A stretch of DNA of 64,000 nucleotides, taken from positions 15,286,912 to 15,350,911 of the forward strand of contig NC_092675.1 in NCBI RefSeq assembly GCF_964355755.1. Reading direction: 5' to 3'. The stretch comes from Antedon mediterranea. Its lineage: Eukaryota; Animalia; Echinodermata. The notes beneath the pieces were generated by a model that ran no database searches, had not been told where the DNA came from, and saw nothing but the letters and a program-made list of their open reading frames with translations. The position numbers were made by a program, and so were the translations under genes. Shown in pieces: positions 50,569-64,000 of the stretch (positions within the stretch are counted from its first letter, which is position 1; each line of letters begins with the position of its first letter).

Positions 50569-51494
50569 GTAAACATATTTCATATAAATAAAAGTCATAT
50601 ATAAGGCGTAACAGGATCGGTTTGTTCTTGTCTTAGGGACACAGAGCCTACCACTTTGGGATTGTTTAGGGGATGACTGACATCACCCATTATACGCAAA
50701 GCAGCCTGTATTGATCTATCATTTTTTAATAATTATGTATTACTTTGAATACATGATATATTTATTTATATTTAATAGCCTATGTAAATACGTGAACATG
50801 ATGGGTTGAAACTGCATCCCATGACTACTGCTGCGAGGATTGAAATCATATATTTCCTCGAGTATGATGAGATTGACTGAGTAATTTTTGCGTGATTATC
50901 GTGTCCCTGTCATTAAACATATAAAATCCAGTAAATTCTCAAGGAGTTGATATTGACTGTGTAATTTGCATGTGGCAACACTCGCGTTTGGCCATAAAAC
51001 AAAAGTCATCTACTGGGACTCAAACTCGTCATCACATGACTACATTTCACATGCCGCGCCATGTACAGTAACTTGCTTGAAAAAATAATTCAACTAAACT
51101 ATTAAAACTATGCATACATAGCGCCCCCATTTTGTTATTCACCCTCTATAGATGCGATGAAAGACTGTTTGTGATTGGTCAATACTCTCATGTATGCGCA
51201 GCGTGCTGAACATCCGGTGATTCAGCTCGAAGAAGACGAATTATTATTATTTATTCGGCTATACCTGATAATAATATTATTATTACTGTAGGTTTATTGA
51301 TGGAAATTCTTCTGTTAATTTAAAAGACCTAGGCCTAAATGAATATTTTATTGCCAAGGAATCATTAATTAGTAATTATCTGTATATTATTCTTCGCAAG
51401 ATAAGGTGAATGCAATGCCTAACTAGCCAGGCTTCTTACATAAAGGAGGCCTAGCTACTCAACCCAGTAGCTATTTTACTTGTTGTTGGCTATG

Positions 51495-51690
51495 TAATAT
51501 AACAGACATTGCCTTTTATATTGGTAAAATATAAGATTTGACATCCCCTCGGGAGATGATGATATGCTCTCGAGCATTATATTTCCCTTGGCGCTTCGGG
51601 AAATATATATTCCCTCAAGCAAAATATTATTCCCTCGGGATGTCAAATCTTATATTTTACCTCTAAGCAGGGAATATCTGTTGTATAATA
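51495..51690. repeat. Short hairpin element (possibly Crypton-type non-autonomous)
   Basis: Perfect 25-bp inverted arms 51523-51547 / 51637-51661, extended imperfectly outward. Confidence 0.65.
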
Positions 51691-52282
51691 TTTATGTCTA
51701 ATCCACATGAAAGTGAGTTTGCTGAATGTTTTAAATACCAAGTCAACCTGGGACGCACCTGTGTACTTTGCTTGTACAATGAGCAAAATATTATATTTGG
51801 TTCGCTTATCTATGAGTGCTGTCTAAGCGCTGTCGCTTGTGTTTTTCCTGTCCTTGGTTTCCTGATTCTGTTTTGTATTTTTAATGTTTTCTTGTTTTTG
51901 AGTCATGGTGGAAGAAAAAGCCAAATTTCACAGCACAGAATAAACATAGGAAACCGTTTAAAACTCTAATTGTACCAATTTTAAATTCAAGATGGCGTCG
52001 TGCAAAAATCAACATCGGAAATTCTTACCATTCTTTGTAATGCTCATTAACCTGATAAACTACAATTAAACCTTAAAAAGGAGAATTTAATTGAAATTTT
52101 TATTTAGACTGGTCTCGCAGAGGGCCCAGTTATGATCAGAGGCTTTGATGTACAGTACTAGTATACCAGGGTATAACCCTCTCATCTCAAAATATGTCCT
52201 AGGTTCTTTAAAGTTGACGTAGCAATTATAACTGAATCCTGGTTTTCACCACACATCACCAAAACCAGATGAACATGCTTAA

Positions 52283-53532
52283 TTTACCTCCGCCAAGGAG
52301 GTATATGTAATCGGTAGCGTGTGTTTGTTTGTTTGTTTGTATGTTTGAGTGTTTGTTTGTTTGTTAGCAGGATTACTCAAAAAGTAATTACATGATCTTT
52401 ACCAAAATGAATATACAGATAGATATGTGGTCAAGGACCATTCCATTAAATTTTGGGACCATGGTTCCAATTCTGGACCACTTTTTAGTATACTTTTCAG
52501 ACCTGCTAGTGTTAAAAGATAGGACATAATTTTTCAAAAGCCGGCGAGCAGTCTTCAAGCATGACATTTTAATAAAAATGTTGGTTAATTGTACAGAAAT
52601 CAAGACGAAAAAACATGAATTTCCTTTAATATCGTCAAATACAAAATTTGGCAAAATTCTTCCATAAAAACCAGGAAGACTTTTTTTCAGTAGTTGGGTG
52701 GTTAACCTAATGTAATAACATGTCTGGTGACTCCCTAGAAGGTGAAAAAAGATGGTGGATATACGGTGGATAATTTTTGCTATAGCATGAAAATAAAAAT
52801 CTGAAGTTGAATAAAAATACCAGAAATGTAAAATTCAAGTTATATTACCTATATTTAGTCATCTGATAACATTTTTTACCACACTGTTTAGTTTTCATAG
52901 CTTTTTAAAATGCCTCTCTATTTACAAAATTTGTGTACAAAAGAATAGAGATTTTACTGTGTAATTTGAACTATCCCCCCACTGATAAGAAAGTGCTTAT
53001 TTTCAACAAGCTTGTGTAACACAAATAAAATCCCAAAAATTATGAAACATAGGGGAAACTATAGATCGATAATGTATGATCAATAGAAATTTTTTGCCCG
53101 CACCTGGCCTTTAAAGTAACAAGTAAACTGAAATTGCATTTTCTCGAACTACTTGTCCAAAAAACTTCATTTTTGTACAAGAGGCAAGATCAGTTATAAT
53201 TTTTGATTTGTAATTTTAAAACATAATTTGATTTAATGTGCACGTTTTTTGATGCGAATAGTTTAAAAAACCTATTTCTTTTCAAATTCACTCGTTTGAT
53301 TTTCGCTTTGCTGTTCTATTGTTAGTCAACTGAAGCTATTGTTAATTGAAAGGCTTGTTATACAACCATTACACAAAACCATTTCACTACACATGCTTGT
53401 AGTGAAATTAGCCTAAATCACAAACAGCATTTAAGACATATATATATATATTTTTTTTTTTACCGGAGAAATCTTATGTAGGAGAATTTTACAGTAGGCG
53501 GAGGTATGCACTCTCGGAGTGGCTTTCTAGTT
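52283..53532 (+). mobile_element. HINE-like element copy 2, with a ~550-bp insertion (~52558-53110)
   Basis: Same ends and body as 47911-48527; the extra sequence sits at the TTAA of gcagtcTTAAagtaac and ends CCT|TTAA (Kolobok-like right end). Confidence 0.8.
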
Positions 53533-54029
53533 ACAATCTGTTATCTACTTGTTCCACAGGGTCAATTTCAAGGTCAAAATATCGCTCATCCAACACAAGA
53601 GTACACACAAAAAACACAATAATACTATATTTATTCCTTATGAACTGAGCTCCTTCTGTGTTGTATAAGAGAGTAGTCCTATCATTATGGGGACAAGATT
53701 TCAATCTTATGATCATGCCAGAGCCCTTGTCCTAAGATCATTGTCTTGTCACAGACCATTGTCTTAAATTTGCCAAAAATCTTGCCTTTACAAATCATTC
53801 TGCTAATTTGATTCCTCCCACCAGACCCCAGTTACACGGTAGAACATGCAATGCTGACAAACTAATTTTCTAATAGCCCTATTCCATTTTATACTTAGTT
53901 ACTCAACAAACCCCTTTCCCATCTGGCTCCATCTTCTCTCTTTTCAGTGATTTTTTTTTTTGGGGTATTTTACCGTTCTTTCGCAATATCATATTCGACT
54001 TCAAAACCCATCATGAGCCATTCGAAGTA

Positions 54030-54440
54030 TGGAATTAGACTGGCCTATGATAGAATCTGAAAAAAGTCTATCCTTAAAACCCATCCATCTGCCTGCATGA
54101 TGTCCAGCAAGGAGAATCCATGATTAAACTTTGTTGTGTCTACCCCTGCTTTCTCTCACTCAACAGGTGACATGTGTGTGACAGCATACCTTTTTGTAAG
54201 GGATTTGTAACTTATAAATAGCTGGTTCCTTGTGATGATCCATTGTCTTTTGCAGGGCATAGTGAATAAGTGGAAAAAACTGGGATTTCAATCAAATGGA
54301 TACCGTGTCCAACCCTTGCCTGCTTTGGCGAAGAGCTAGGTAAAATGCAAAGGGAAATTGACTTGCGATAAAAAAAGATGTCCTACCTAGAGTAACAAGA
54401 GCCAAAAGGAATGCTAATTTGCAAGAAAGTTGATGATCTA
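54030..54440 (-). mobile_element. DIRS-like tyrosine recombinase remnant
   Basis: QLSCKLAFLLALVTLGRTS, AGVDTTKF.H and DIMQADGW...FFRFYHRP match DIRS1 YR boxes; frameshifted. Confidence 0.65.
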
Positions 54441-57155
54441 GAGCATAAAATGACGTAAAAATTGTAAGACCGGTGGTAGGGACATCAGGGAATAATTTCG
54501 CCAGTGTAGCATAGCAAAAAGCTATACAAAACAACCTTTTTGCTACACATTTCTACAATTGTGTAGCAAAAAATACAATACAAAACTATATTTCTTGACT
54601 AAAAAATCAGTTTGATTAGCAATTTTGCTAAACAAAATTTTCAATTTTGGAGGATTTCTATTAAAAATTCCAGCTGACTAATTGGCCTCCCATTATGTGT
54701 CTTGCTGAAATGTAGACACCCAGATGTTACAGGTGCCAAAGCTGGATCAAGCTGTCTGCCCTTACACCATAACACCAAGACTTGCTCCACACATCGTCGT
54801 TATAATTTTTGTCTGAAAATACAGAATTGTGAAACACGTATAGAAATCGATTTGCATACCGCAAACATTCGATAAGAATGACGTAGGTTATCATACCGTA
54901 TTTGGCTATATGGGGCGGGCGGTATGTAAATATAGATTTCGAACCAACCAAGGATCATTTTGTTTAAAAATGAAAATATCGAGTATGTACAGTGTGCTGA
55001 ATGTACGATCGAGACTGGACAACTGTTGAAATATAAAATCGTGTTGCCAAGTTGTTTTGTTTATTAATTGTCTAGGCCTCCTAAGTAGGATAACTCAACT
55101 CGTACGTAGGCCTATGACCTGCCATAAAACGTCAATAAGGTAGATACCACAACAGAGCTACACCACCACACAGACAGGACAGGCTAGCTAGGAGGACAGG
55201 GTCTGGGTGGGAATTAAATAATCTCTTCATAATAAATCCATTCAATGTTTGATTTGCGAAGAAGCCTATCATTATCAAGAAGAGTTTTCATGTTCTTGGA
55301 GAAAATCCCATCAAATGTTTACCAGACTACTAGGCAATCATATAAAATCATTTCTAGCCTTTAGAAACTTTCATCAATGTACAAAAGTACACACGTGTGT
55401 ACGTCTCCACGCATTGTCTACTCTAAACGTAACATAGCGCATGCGCTACATCTTAGTTGTCGAGTCTTTGAAATTCTAAAATATGAATATTAAACAGCGT
55501 ACGAGTAAGTAGCCAATCGCATGCTGCTGAAACTAGTCAACTGGATAATCTATACACCAAGAATTCTTGGTGTCAAACCACGTGACTTTTGCGTGTTTCC
55601 CCAGACGGAGTATCCAAACTCAAGTAATACACATATGAAACGCCATATGTGCAAAAATATTTATATTTTTACTAATATTAAGACAAAACTCCGTCTGGAG
55701 CCCAGACAGTAGAGCAGTTAACGCCATAAAAATAGCCAAGTTGTTCACTTTATTACCAAAGCATGAAACTTGCCACAAAGACAACACATTATACTTCATA
55801 ATCACAGCCCTTGAAATAATAAATTTGACTAGACTTGATGTTCGTCAGCATTCACTTACTATAAAATTTGAGAAAGAAGGCCATGCATTTATTCCTCACG
55901 AATCGGCCACTGGACTCACTTTACACTCCAGCAATTTTTGCATAGAAAGATTTTGTAAACCGACCATACTGTCCTTAATAACTGCATTTTATGGTGATTT
56001 TTTAATGTTGGTGTTTGATGACCTATTGTTTTAAAATTTGAATATATAGTCAAATTTTTAACCTATTTGTGAATTTTGGATACAATTCAGTGTTATACTG
56101 CAAATCAAAATGTGTGTTTTTAACCAAATAAACCAGAATGTCCTGCAGAAAGTAAGAATAGGTCACAATTCTAACCGTACAGTGAAAAGCCCAGGTGTTG
56201 CCAAGTCATTCAGGTCAAGCACATCCGCTGTGGGAGAGACTGAAGACTGAGACTTGGCTATTGTGTCGTAATAATATTTTCTCGTGTTTTTAGCCTGTTA
56301 TTATTTAACAATTATACATTTTTACATTGCTAAAATAATATTTTTTACTTTTTCCCATTTCTTTATGCTTTCCTCTCTTTTATACACTATATCACATTCC
56401 ATTCTGAATAGAATTCCTTGTTTAAAAGATTTCCATAAATTAAAATAACTTTTATTTGTAACATCACCCAGTATCTTTTGTTTATAAATATATAAAATCA
56501 GTAAGAATATTTCTTGTTCCAATTACCAGATTTTGAAAAGACATGTTTATATGATTGTACTTTTAAAACAATCTCTATTTTTGTCCAAAAACCTTGAATA
56601 AATTTACAAGTGAAAAACATATGCTCCTCATCTCGTACCTCTCCACATCTACCACATATATTAGTATCTTTTAGTTTCCAGATAAACAACCTTTTGTTTG
56701 TTGCTAAAATTCTATTTAACAGTTTGTAATTAAAGTGTATTAATTTTTTATATTTCATTTTACAAACTTTAGACAACCAACATGACTTCCAATCAATATT
56801 CAAATTATGAAAATATTTTTCCCATTTTCCTTGACAAACCGGAGGGACAACAATTTCCTCCACAAAACAGAGATAAATACTCTTTGTTGTGATGTCCTTA
56901 TATCTATTCTTAACGACATTTTCTGTTATATTATAATAACAATTTTTCTCGTATTTGATTATAGTTTTCCATTGTATTGGTATCGCTTTTTAATAAGCAC
57001 ATGTATTCATTTAACCAGTTTGCTTTGTACTTTAATTTTACCAACAATTCTTTTGAAGTTATGAATCTATTTTCTTTTATAATATCCTTCACTAAAATAA
57101 TACCACATTCAATCCAATGTTTATAACATAGTGATTGGTTTTTAAGTTGTATTAA

Positions 57156-60100
57156 GAGCCATTGTCTGTAAGAATCAAAGAAATATCAAAAAGAGTGGCA
57201 GACTCTAAAAAATGGATTTCTTTCAAATTTTGCACATGGCTATATATGTGTTGAGAGAAATCAAATATGAAGTATTTTTTATTTCACACGTATATTTCCA
57301 TGGCAACGGCCAAATTTGTGTTTTTGACAAATTTTGTCCTTTTTTAAGGTTTTTTAAAATGGATATTGGTACTACTTTGATGAACGATATTTTTGTTTTG
57401 TTCATTTGATTATAAAAAATAATTAGTGTATGCATAATAACAATGCATTGTGTACCTGTTTCAAATTATTATTTTTTTTTTTATTTCATACTTTGGGCGA
57501 TACCATTTATTTAAAAAGGGGTGTTTTTCACTTTTTTAAAATTGTTCAATGCAACTAAACTTTACTTCACCATAACGCCCAAAGTGGTGTATTTTTTTAG
57601 CTGATTTATTACAAATAGGTAGTTCTAATGTTTACTAATTGATTTCTAAAATAAAATACTGGGGTAAATTTAAAATCTACAAGCAGTGTTGCGAGAAACA
57701 TAGGCATTTTTATAAAAAAAAAACATGGTATATTAGTAAAAACATTTTATTTTCTTTGATTATTTGATTTGAAACTCATTGGTCAGAAAAATTCTTAATT
57801 TTTTATATAGTTCTAGTTGTGTTGTGAGAAAAAAAAAATTTTAATTATAGATTCTGTAATTCCCAGTTTTAATGTCATTTTATAGGTTATATCCTCTGGA
57901 AAGTTGAATAAATTATCAGATCGTTGTGAATTTTAATCTTTGCAACAGATTACTCCTCTCTTATTTTGAAGCTCCTCTTTCATTTGTTTACTTCTTTTAT
58001 TTGCTAACCTAAGCAGATCCCACATGCCCATCCACCACCACTTTCGACTACCACCCCTCCTCCCCACCCCACCCCGACTATAACCACAAAAAGATAAACT
58101 GCAACACTTTGGTCGATCATCCACTATAGAGTGTCAAATGCATGCATTCAAGCACCACCCACACTGCCGCTACTATCGCCCCAATGAATAGACGGATTCA
58201 AACTCCTCCATCCCACCCCCTCCCCCTTTCTCCAAGCCCCCACCCACCCCAAGTTAAAAATTGCAATGCAAAAGATAAGACATAAAGTTAAGTTTTTAGA
58301 CCCTCGCCTTCAACTCCCTAACTATTTAAAAGTCCTGGATCCACCACTTTCCCCTCCCCAAAATAGAACCAATCAAAAGTCAATGATATACTCAGGTATG
58401 TTAATGCTAATAACAAATATTGAAGCCCTGATTTGAAATTTCATTTCATTTAAGGTCAGCATGTAAAATATCACACTTTATTATTAAATATTGGTTTTAA
58501 ATTCTATATTTTTTTTACTGTGATGGTTGGATTCAGTAGTAATTATTAATTAATAAATTATCTGATAATTATTTAATTTCCCTTAGTTATGCATAGCAAC
58601 AGTTACTATGGTAACTAAAATTGAGATATTCTTTAGATTTTGCATATTTATCTTATACAAATTTAAATTTGTAGATTATTAGCAGGCATGCCTTATTTTG
58701 TATTTTCAAATTACCGTTTCACAAGGTCATATTCGTAAGCACTTTCTTCTGTGATTATTTTTATTCATGAAAACCCCATATTTTATTTACAGCGGCCACC
58801 TCCCTTAACGGACGCACTTTGAAAAGCCTGTTTGTTCTTCCTATCTAATTAGTGCATTTGGTGCTTACCGTATAAGCAGCTGCGGGCACCTTTTTTATAC
58901 AAAAAATGAGATTTTTTGTAAGCGGCCAATCGAAAAATGTGATACTTATTGCATGGACCTATGAATTAGAGGTGCATGTTTATTGTATTTCTTTATAGCT
59001 TTATTTTAAAGAGGTTTTAAAATGAAGAGATGAGAAAACTACTCAAATTTTGACCGACCATTTTTCATATAATAAAAGTTTTTAAAATTTGTCTGAAAAG
59101 CTAAAAAATACTAAACCACCTGATTATAAATAATAATAGGCCTACAATTATAAGCGGCCACTTTTCCAGGTCCCGAGGGTGGCCACTTATGGGAGGTTCA
59201 ACTGTATTTAAAAAAACAATTATCCTTAGTTACGCATAGAAACAGGTTCTAAGATAACATAAATAATACATTTTGACATAACTTGACCCAACAAATGACC
59301 CTTTCACAAGATCAGACATTTTCTGGGATTCAGTAAATTTGGGAAAAGGTAGTAAAGCTATGTAATTAATTGTTTGTAGTCATGAAACCCCATATTAAAA
59401 ATATTGTACTTAGTTACATATAGAAACAGTTGCTACAATACACTATAGGTAAAATGTTGATGTCATTTGACCTCAATATGTAAAATATTTTTTTTGTCAT
59501 GAAAACTCCATATTTAATTTTTTTTTTTAAATATCATTAGTTACGTAAACAGGTTTACCTTTATTCAAGACTTTCTTTCTGAGATTATTAGGATTCAGTA
59601 TTTAAAGTAAATTTGGCAAAAAGTAGAAATGTAAAACTATGTAGAAAAAATGTTTTGTATTTATGAAAAACCCCTTATTTTTTTGAAATTTTCGCATAGA
59701 AACAGTTACTATGGTAAAATGTTGACCTCAAAATGAATGAATTTACAAGGTCAAGTTTGTCATTAATGGAATGCAGTAGAAGTAAAATTGAGAAAAATTA
59801 CAAATGCAATCAATTCTTCGTATTTATAAAAACGCCATTTTTTACGTTTAAAAAAAAATTACTTTCCTTAGTTACACATAGAAATGGTTGCTAAGGTAAC
59901 ACTATAGGTAAAATATGAAAATTGTTGAGAATTGTTATGAACTATCTTGTAAATTTTGATAAAACATTAATAGTTGTAGTAAAGTGGGGACCTGTCCTGT
60001 TTTGCATTCTGACCCCTTTTGACCTCAAATGACCTATTTACAAGGTCAGATTTTTTGGGAGGTCTTTCTGTATCTCTTTACACAAAATTGATTTAAAAAT

Positions 60101-60883
60101 TTATAAAAACCATTGACGCAATTATTTCCAAGTTTAACATTATTTTCCACAACTAAATATTTCAATGCAAAATACTGTTTTTCTGGCAATTAATTGAAAT
60201 AAACCTGGCAACACATTCTCCTATTTTATCTAAACTATTCGTATGACTCTAGTTGCATTATGACAAGCCACATATACATTTTATTATTGGATTAGCCATA
60301 ATTAAATTGTGTTTCATGTGTTTTGTTTGTTGATATTTGGTTATCTTTTTTGTATTTTTCGTATTTTCCTGGCAACACAAAACCTATGTACGAAATTTAC
60401 CCCAGTGTTTTTTTCCTGATTATTGTTGAAAAACCTATTGACTATCAAATTAAAAAACCTCATTGATTTAAAAACACCACTTTGGAAGTTATAGGTACGT
60501 TTATGAGGTATACTTTTTAAAAACACCCCTTTTTAAAATAATGGTATCAACCAAACTCCATTTTGTAATTTATTTTTTTCTACATTAAATGGAACTCAAT
60601 ACATGTTGTTTACACTGCTATAAACAAAAACTGTATACTGTAAGTATTTTTGGTTAAAATAAGTATACAAGTTTGTACTTTTTCACTATAGAAAATCTGT
60701 GAAAAATGGCAAAAAACATCAAAATTTGGATAATTGACCGTTGTCATGGCAACGGAGGCTAAAAATTAAAATGAATGTTGTAGATATGCTTTTTATTGAA
60801 ATGTCTATTCATGGTAAAAATTTGAGAGAAATCCATTTTTTTACATCTGCCACCAAATCTTTGATTTTTACAGACAATGGCTC
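57156..60883. mobile_element. Non-autonomous Sola3-like DNA transposon
   Basis: TTAA|GAGCCATTGTCTGTAA ... TTACAGACAATGGCTC|TTAA; imperfect TIR similarity extends several hundred bp. Confidence 0.85.
58789..59204. mobile_element. pogo/Tc1-type MITE remnant nested in the Sola3-like element
   Basis: Right end GGGAGGTTCAACTG|TA with repeated AGCGGCCAC motifs; left end degenerate. Confidence 0.55.
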
Positions 60884-61495
60884 TTAACTTATTACCCCAC
60901 AACTGTTCATTCATTATATCATCATATGTGTCTACACTTCTTTTATAGCAATTATTATACTTTATGCATGCTTTCAACATACTCTCATAAAACATAGGCA
61001 TTTTATGTATAAAGTGGTTTTCATCTGTCATGTTAAAAAGAATATTTTCTGAACATAAATTATTAATATAAAATTTTGGAATAAATTTCCATTTTGCTTC
61101 ATCTTCATGTAACAACCTTTTTAGCCATGTGACATTAAGTGCTTTTGTATGTAATTTAAAATCTGGCATTTTAATTCCACCTTCGTTTAGGTTTCCAATT
61201 AAGGTTTTACTTTTTATTTTTTTCCGCTTCTACGTGCCAAATTCTCTTCCAATTCTTATATTTATTTGCTCAATTCATTATCTTTCGAAATTGTCATCTT
61301 CAAGTTTTTTTTGATAATTTCATCATACCAAAAAATTTGAACATGATGTGTGTCCCATAATTTCACCAATGTTACACTGTATAGGTATACTGTATATATT
61401 CTATATGGCATATAGGCACAACTCAGCACTATAAGCTTTAATGCATCAGGTCATAGGATGCATAAATCAACATTATTTTATCAATCGTATCTTAA

Positions 61496-63940
61496 AGATG
61501 TATTGTCCCCCTGAAAAAAAAAAATTTTTCAATATTTTTGTTGAATAGGCCATTTTAATTGCACATAAAAGTTATTCACTTTGACCTCAATTTGGATTGA
61601 AAAAAATAATTTTTTACACGGGAAAATCGCAATTTAATGCAAAAATTAACCAACCGGAAGCTATTTGTCTGGAAGACAAATGTGTTCCGGTTTAATTTAA
61701 CCCTTGACCTGAGTTAGCTCATAAATATTCATATTGTATGGATACATCATGTGGATGATGATGCTTTCCAAATCAACAGCCAACAACGATAGCAATGCAT
61801 GCGTGCGAGAGAGTCGAGTAGTGATGCGAGACGAATCTTGAAGAAAACACGAAAACTATAGCTAGCAGAATGCTAAGTTAGAATTACAGTTGGTAACTTT
61901 GATGTTGAATCTTATTCATTTAGGTGAGTTTCGCTAACAGGAGAGGCCTAGCAAGGCCTAGGCCCGAATTTGCTGCTACTGTACTACTAGTCTACTACTA
62001 GCACTGACAGTCTCGAGTAGCCTAACTGCTGCCTACTTCTGTCTCTAGAAGTAGAGTGTAGTAGGCCTAGGCAGTACACTGCTAGCTAGGGCTACAGTAG
62101 ACCACCACCAGAAGGGATGTATTTTTGCTTCTATCATAATGAATTGGTTTAATTTTTAAAGATTTCAACTATCTATTCGGCAGTGAAAATTAAAAAAAAG
62201 AAGAAAATCTAAATATTGTTTTGGATGTTTTACTGATGCAATATTTTAAAAATATTTTCTGTATCAAATGCAATAGGTTCAAATTAACATTCCGCAAATA
62301 AACATTTTATGCAGATATTTTGACACAAATTTCCTTTTTTTTTAGGTTGATTGATTGAACAATAAGAGCAAGTAGTGAGAAACATAAAATGTATCGTACA
62401 GTGGCAACATTCACAATTTATTGAAACGTTTCTTACTATTAAAATGACACTTTGTAATGGATGTGAGCGATCTTAGAAGACTATAGCTGTCGTAATTACT
62501 GCCACAATCAACACATTGATAATTAGTAGACAAATTGACACAAAAAACAATACAGGAATTCAATAAGATATACTGTATATATATATTTTATTAACTCCTT
62601 TTGCACTGTAATATTTACAGTAAAATTATGAAGTGTAAGTAAATTTGAAGAATTTATCCTGTGTACTGTTGTAGTAGTTTTTTTTTATTTATTGAATGTT
62701 ATGTTTACAAAATAATATACTGTACATATAATACAAAAAAAATTATACAATATTTTACAAGCTGGACAAGAACATATTGGCCGAATGCAGCAGGAGAGTC
62801 GGAAATATTTTTCCTGCAATATCCAATCATATTCCAATACCGAGTCTATCATTGTTGTCTTTGGGTGACCTCTGTTCCAGTCTTCATCAGCTCAACGTCT
62901 TTAAAAAAAGTAAAAGCAAAGTATGAAAATCTGGAAAAAATAGATCATGCATATTTAGTGCAAAATTGGGCTAGTGAAATTGCTTACTTTGACATAGTCA
63001 AATAAGTATACTACCTTTCTATGGTAATTAAAACACATTACTTATAATGTTATAACTTATAAAAAGAGAAAATAAACATTTGACTTACTACAGTACAGAG
63101 AACATTTGTTTGTGTTGTAAAATGGCTAAGCTGGCTTTTCCCCTCTGTCTACTTGTACAGTGCTGCTGAAAGGTTCTCAATTTCAGGCTTGTATTGCAAC
63201 CATTTTCCCTGAAAAATGTTTATTTTATTTTTATCATAAAAATTAGTTAAACAAGCTTCAACTGTAAATATATATGGTACAGCAAGCTGGCTGTATTTTC
63301 GGAATGTAGCTAAGATTGATGGCATATAGCCTAGGCCAGTCTATGAAGAGTACAATGTATAGGGCCTAGCTGGGCATATTCTGCAGGGACCCGATTGTCA
63401 CAGTCTGCTTGCTACTACTAGCCTAGTAATATGCAGCAGCATGTATTAATTATTCTAGGCCTAGCCCTGAACTGAAAAAATCCCAGGCTAAGTTAATTAA
63501 TTTACCTTCCTGTTATTATTGCGTTATATATATTATTATATTTAAAATAACCGTCTAGGCCTACTTACCGACAAATTAACAGCTCAGCTTTACATATTTA
63601 TACGATCAGGCCAGGGAAACCCACAGTCGAGTCGCGTCGATCTCTGGTGGTGGTGTTGTACATACAACGTGCATCGTCCATTGTTAGATCAGATCTCTGC
63701 TGTGTGGATGCTCATTAACATATCATGCATATGTATGAGTTAGCTCTACCGGCCTAATTTCTGAGCCGATGAGTTCGAAAAAATGGTAAACTTATTTTGA
63801 TTTTTTTATAAGCGAAATCAATATTTTTTTCGGATTTTTTTTTGGTGGAAGTGAATAACTTTATGTTAACTACAAAAGGGTCTATTCAAAATTTGATTTT
63901 TTTCATCTTTATTTTTCATTTTTTGGGGGACAATACATCT
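61496..63940. mobile_element. Kolobok-like non-autonomous DNA transposon
   Basis: TTAA|AGATGTATTGTCCCCC ... GGGGGACAATACATCT|TTAA, perfect 16-bp TIR; no coding capacity recognised. Confidence 0.85.
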
Positions 63941-64000
63941 TTAACATATGTGTATGTTTTAAAAAATTTAATGTCAGTAAAATTATAAAAAATTATCACC

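Larger units (their letters stand above)
56290..61270 (-). mobile_element. 3' part of an L1/Tx1-clade LINE, split by a Sola3-like insertion
   Basis: GGIKMPDF..KALNVTWLKRLL..QLWGNK rejoins LIQLKNQSLCYKHWIECGIILVKDI across the TTAA; zf-RVT FNYKLLNRILATN..CGRCGEVRDEEHMFFTC. Confidence 0.88.

Noticed and set aside
1823-63005. The many other 60-135 aa ORFs in the track
   Set aside because: No recognisable domains. They are AT-rich chance ORFs, antisense frames of real exons or LINEs, or lie in non-coding repeats.
63669-63700. GTG CAT CGT CCA TTG TTA GAT (VHRPLLD), resembling the expected next mannosidase exon
   Set aside because: No AG acceptor, similarity does not continue, and it lies inside a Kolobok-like element.

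Overview
This is AT-rich eukaryotic (animal) genomic DNA, most likely a marine invertebrate. An echinoderm-like source is an inference from the repeat content only. The backbone is the middle of one + strand gene, a GH38 lysosomal alpha-mannosidase (MAN2B1-like). I read 16 GT-AG exons between 5455 and 50568 that splice in phase into 1830 nt / 610 codons; the first and last exons lie outside the window. The introns are dense, often nested, transposon assemblages: a CR1-group LINE with an intact 964-aa endonuclease-RT ORF, a Gypsy integrase split by two nested 9-bp-TSD Mutator-like elements, two Sola3-like elements, Kolobok-like, Harbinger-like and Tc2/pogo-like MITEs, Helitron- and Helentron-like elements, an AcademX remnant, a DIRS recombinase remnant, Tx1/RTE/L2 fragments, a Deu-domain SINE and a 16-bp GC-rich minisatellite. 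I found no well-supported new biological system. The best leads are decayed tandem copies of one mannosidase exon (possibly a relic of mutually exclusive splicing), inverted repeat copies bracketing that exon and its intron, and a head-to-tail chimeric Helitron family whose ends are confirmed by an empty site in the window. All alignments were done by eye.
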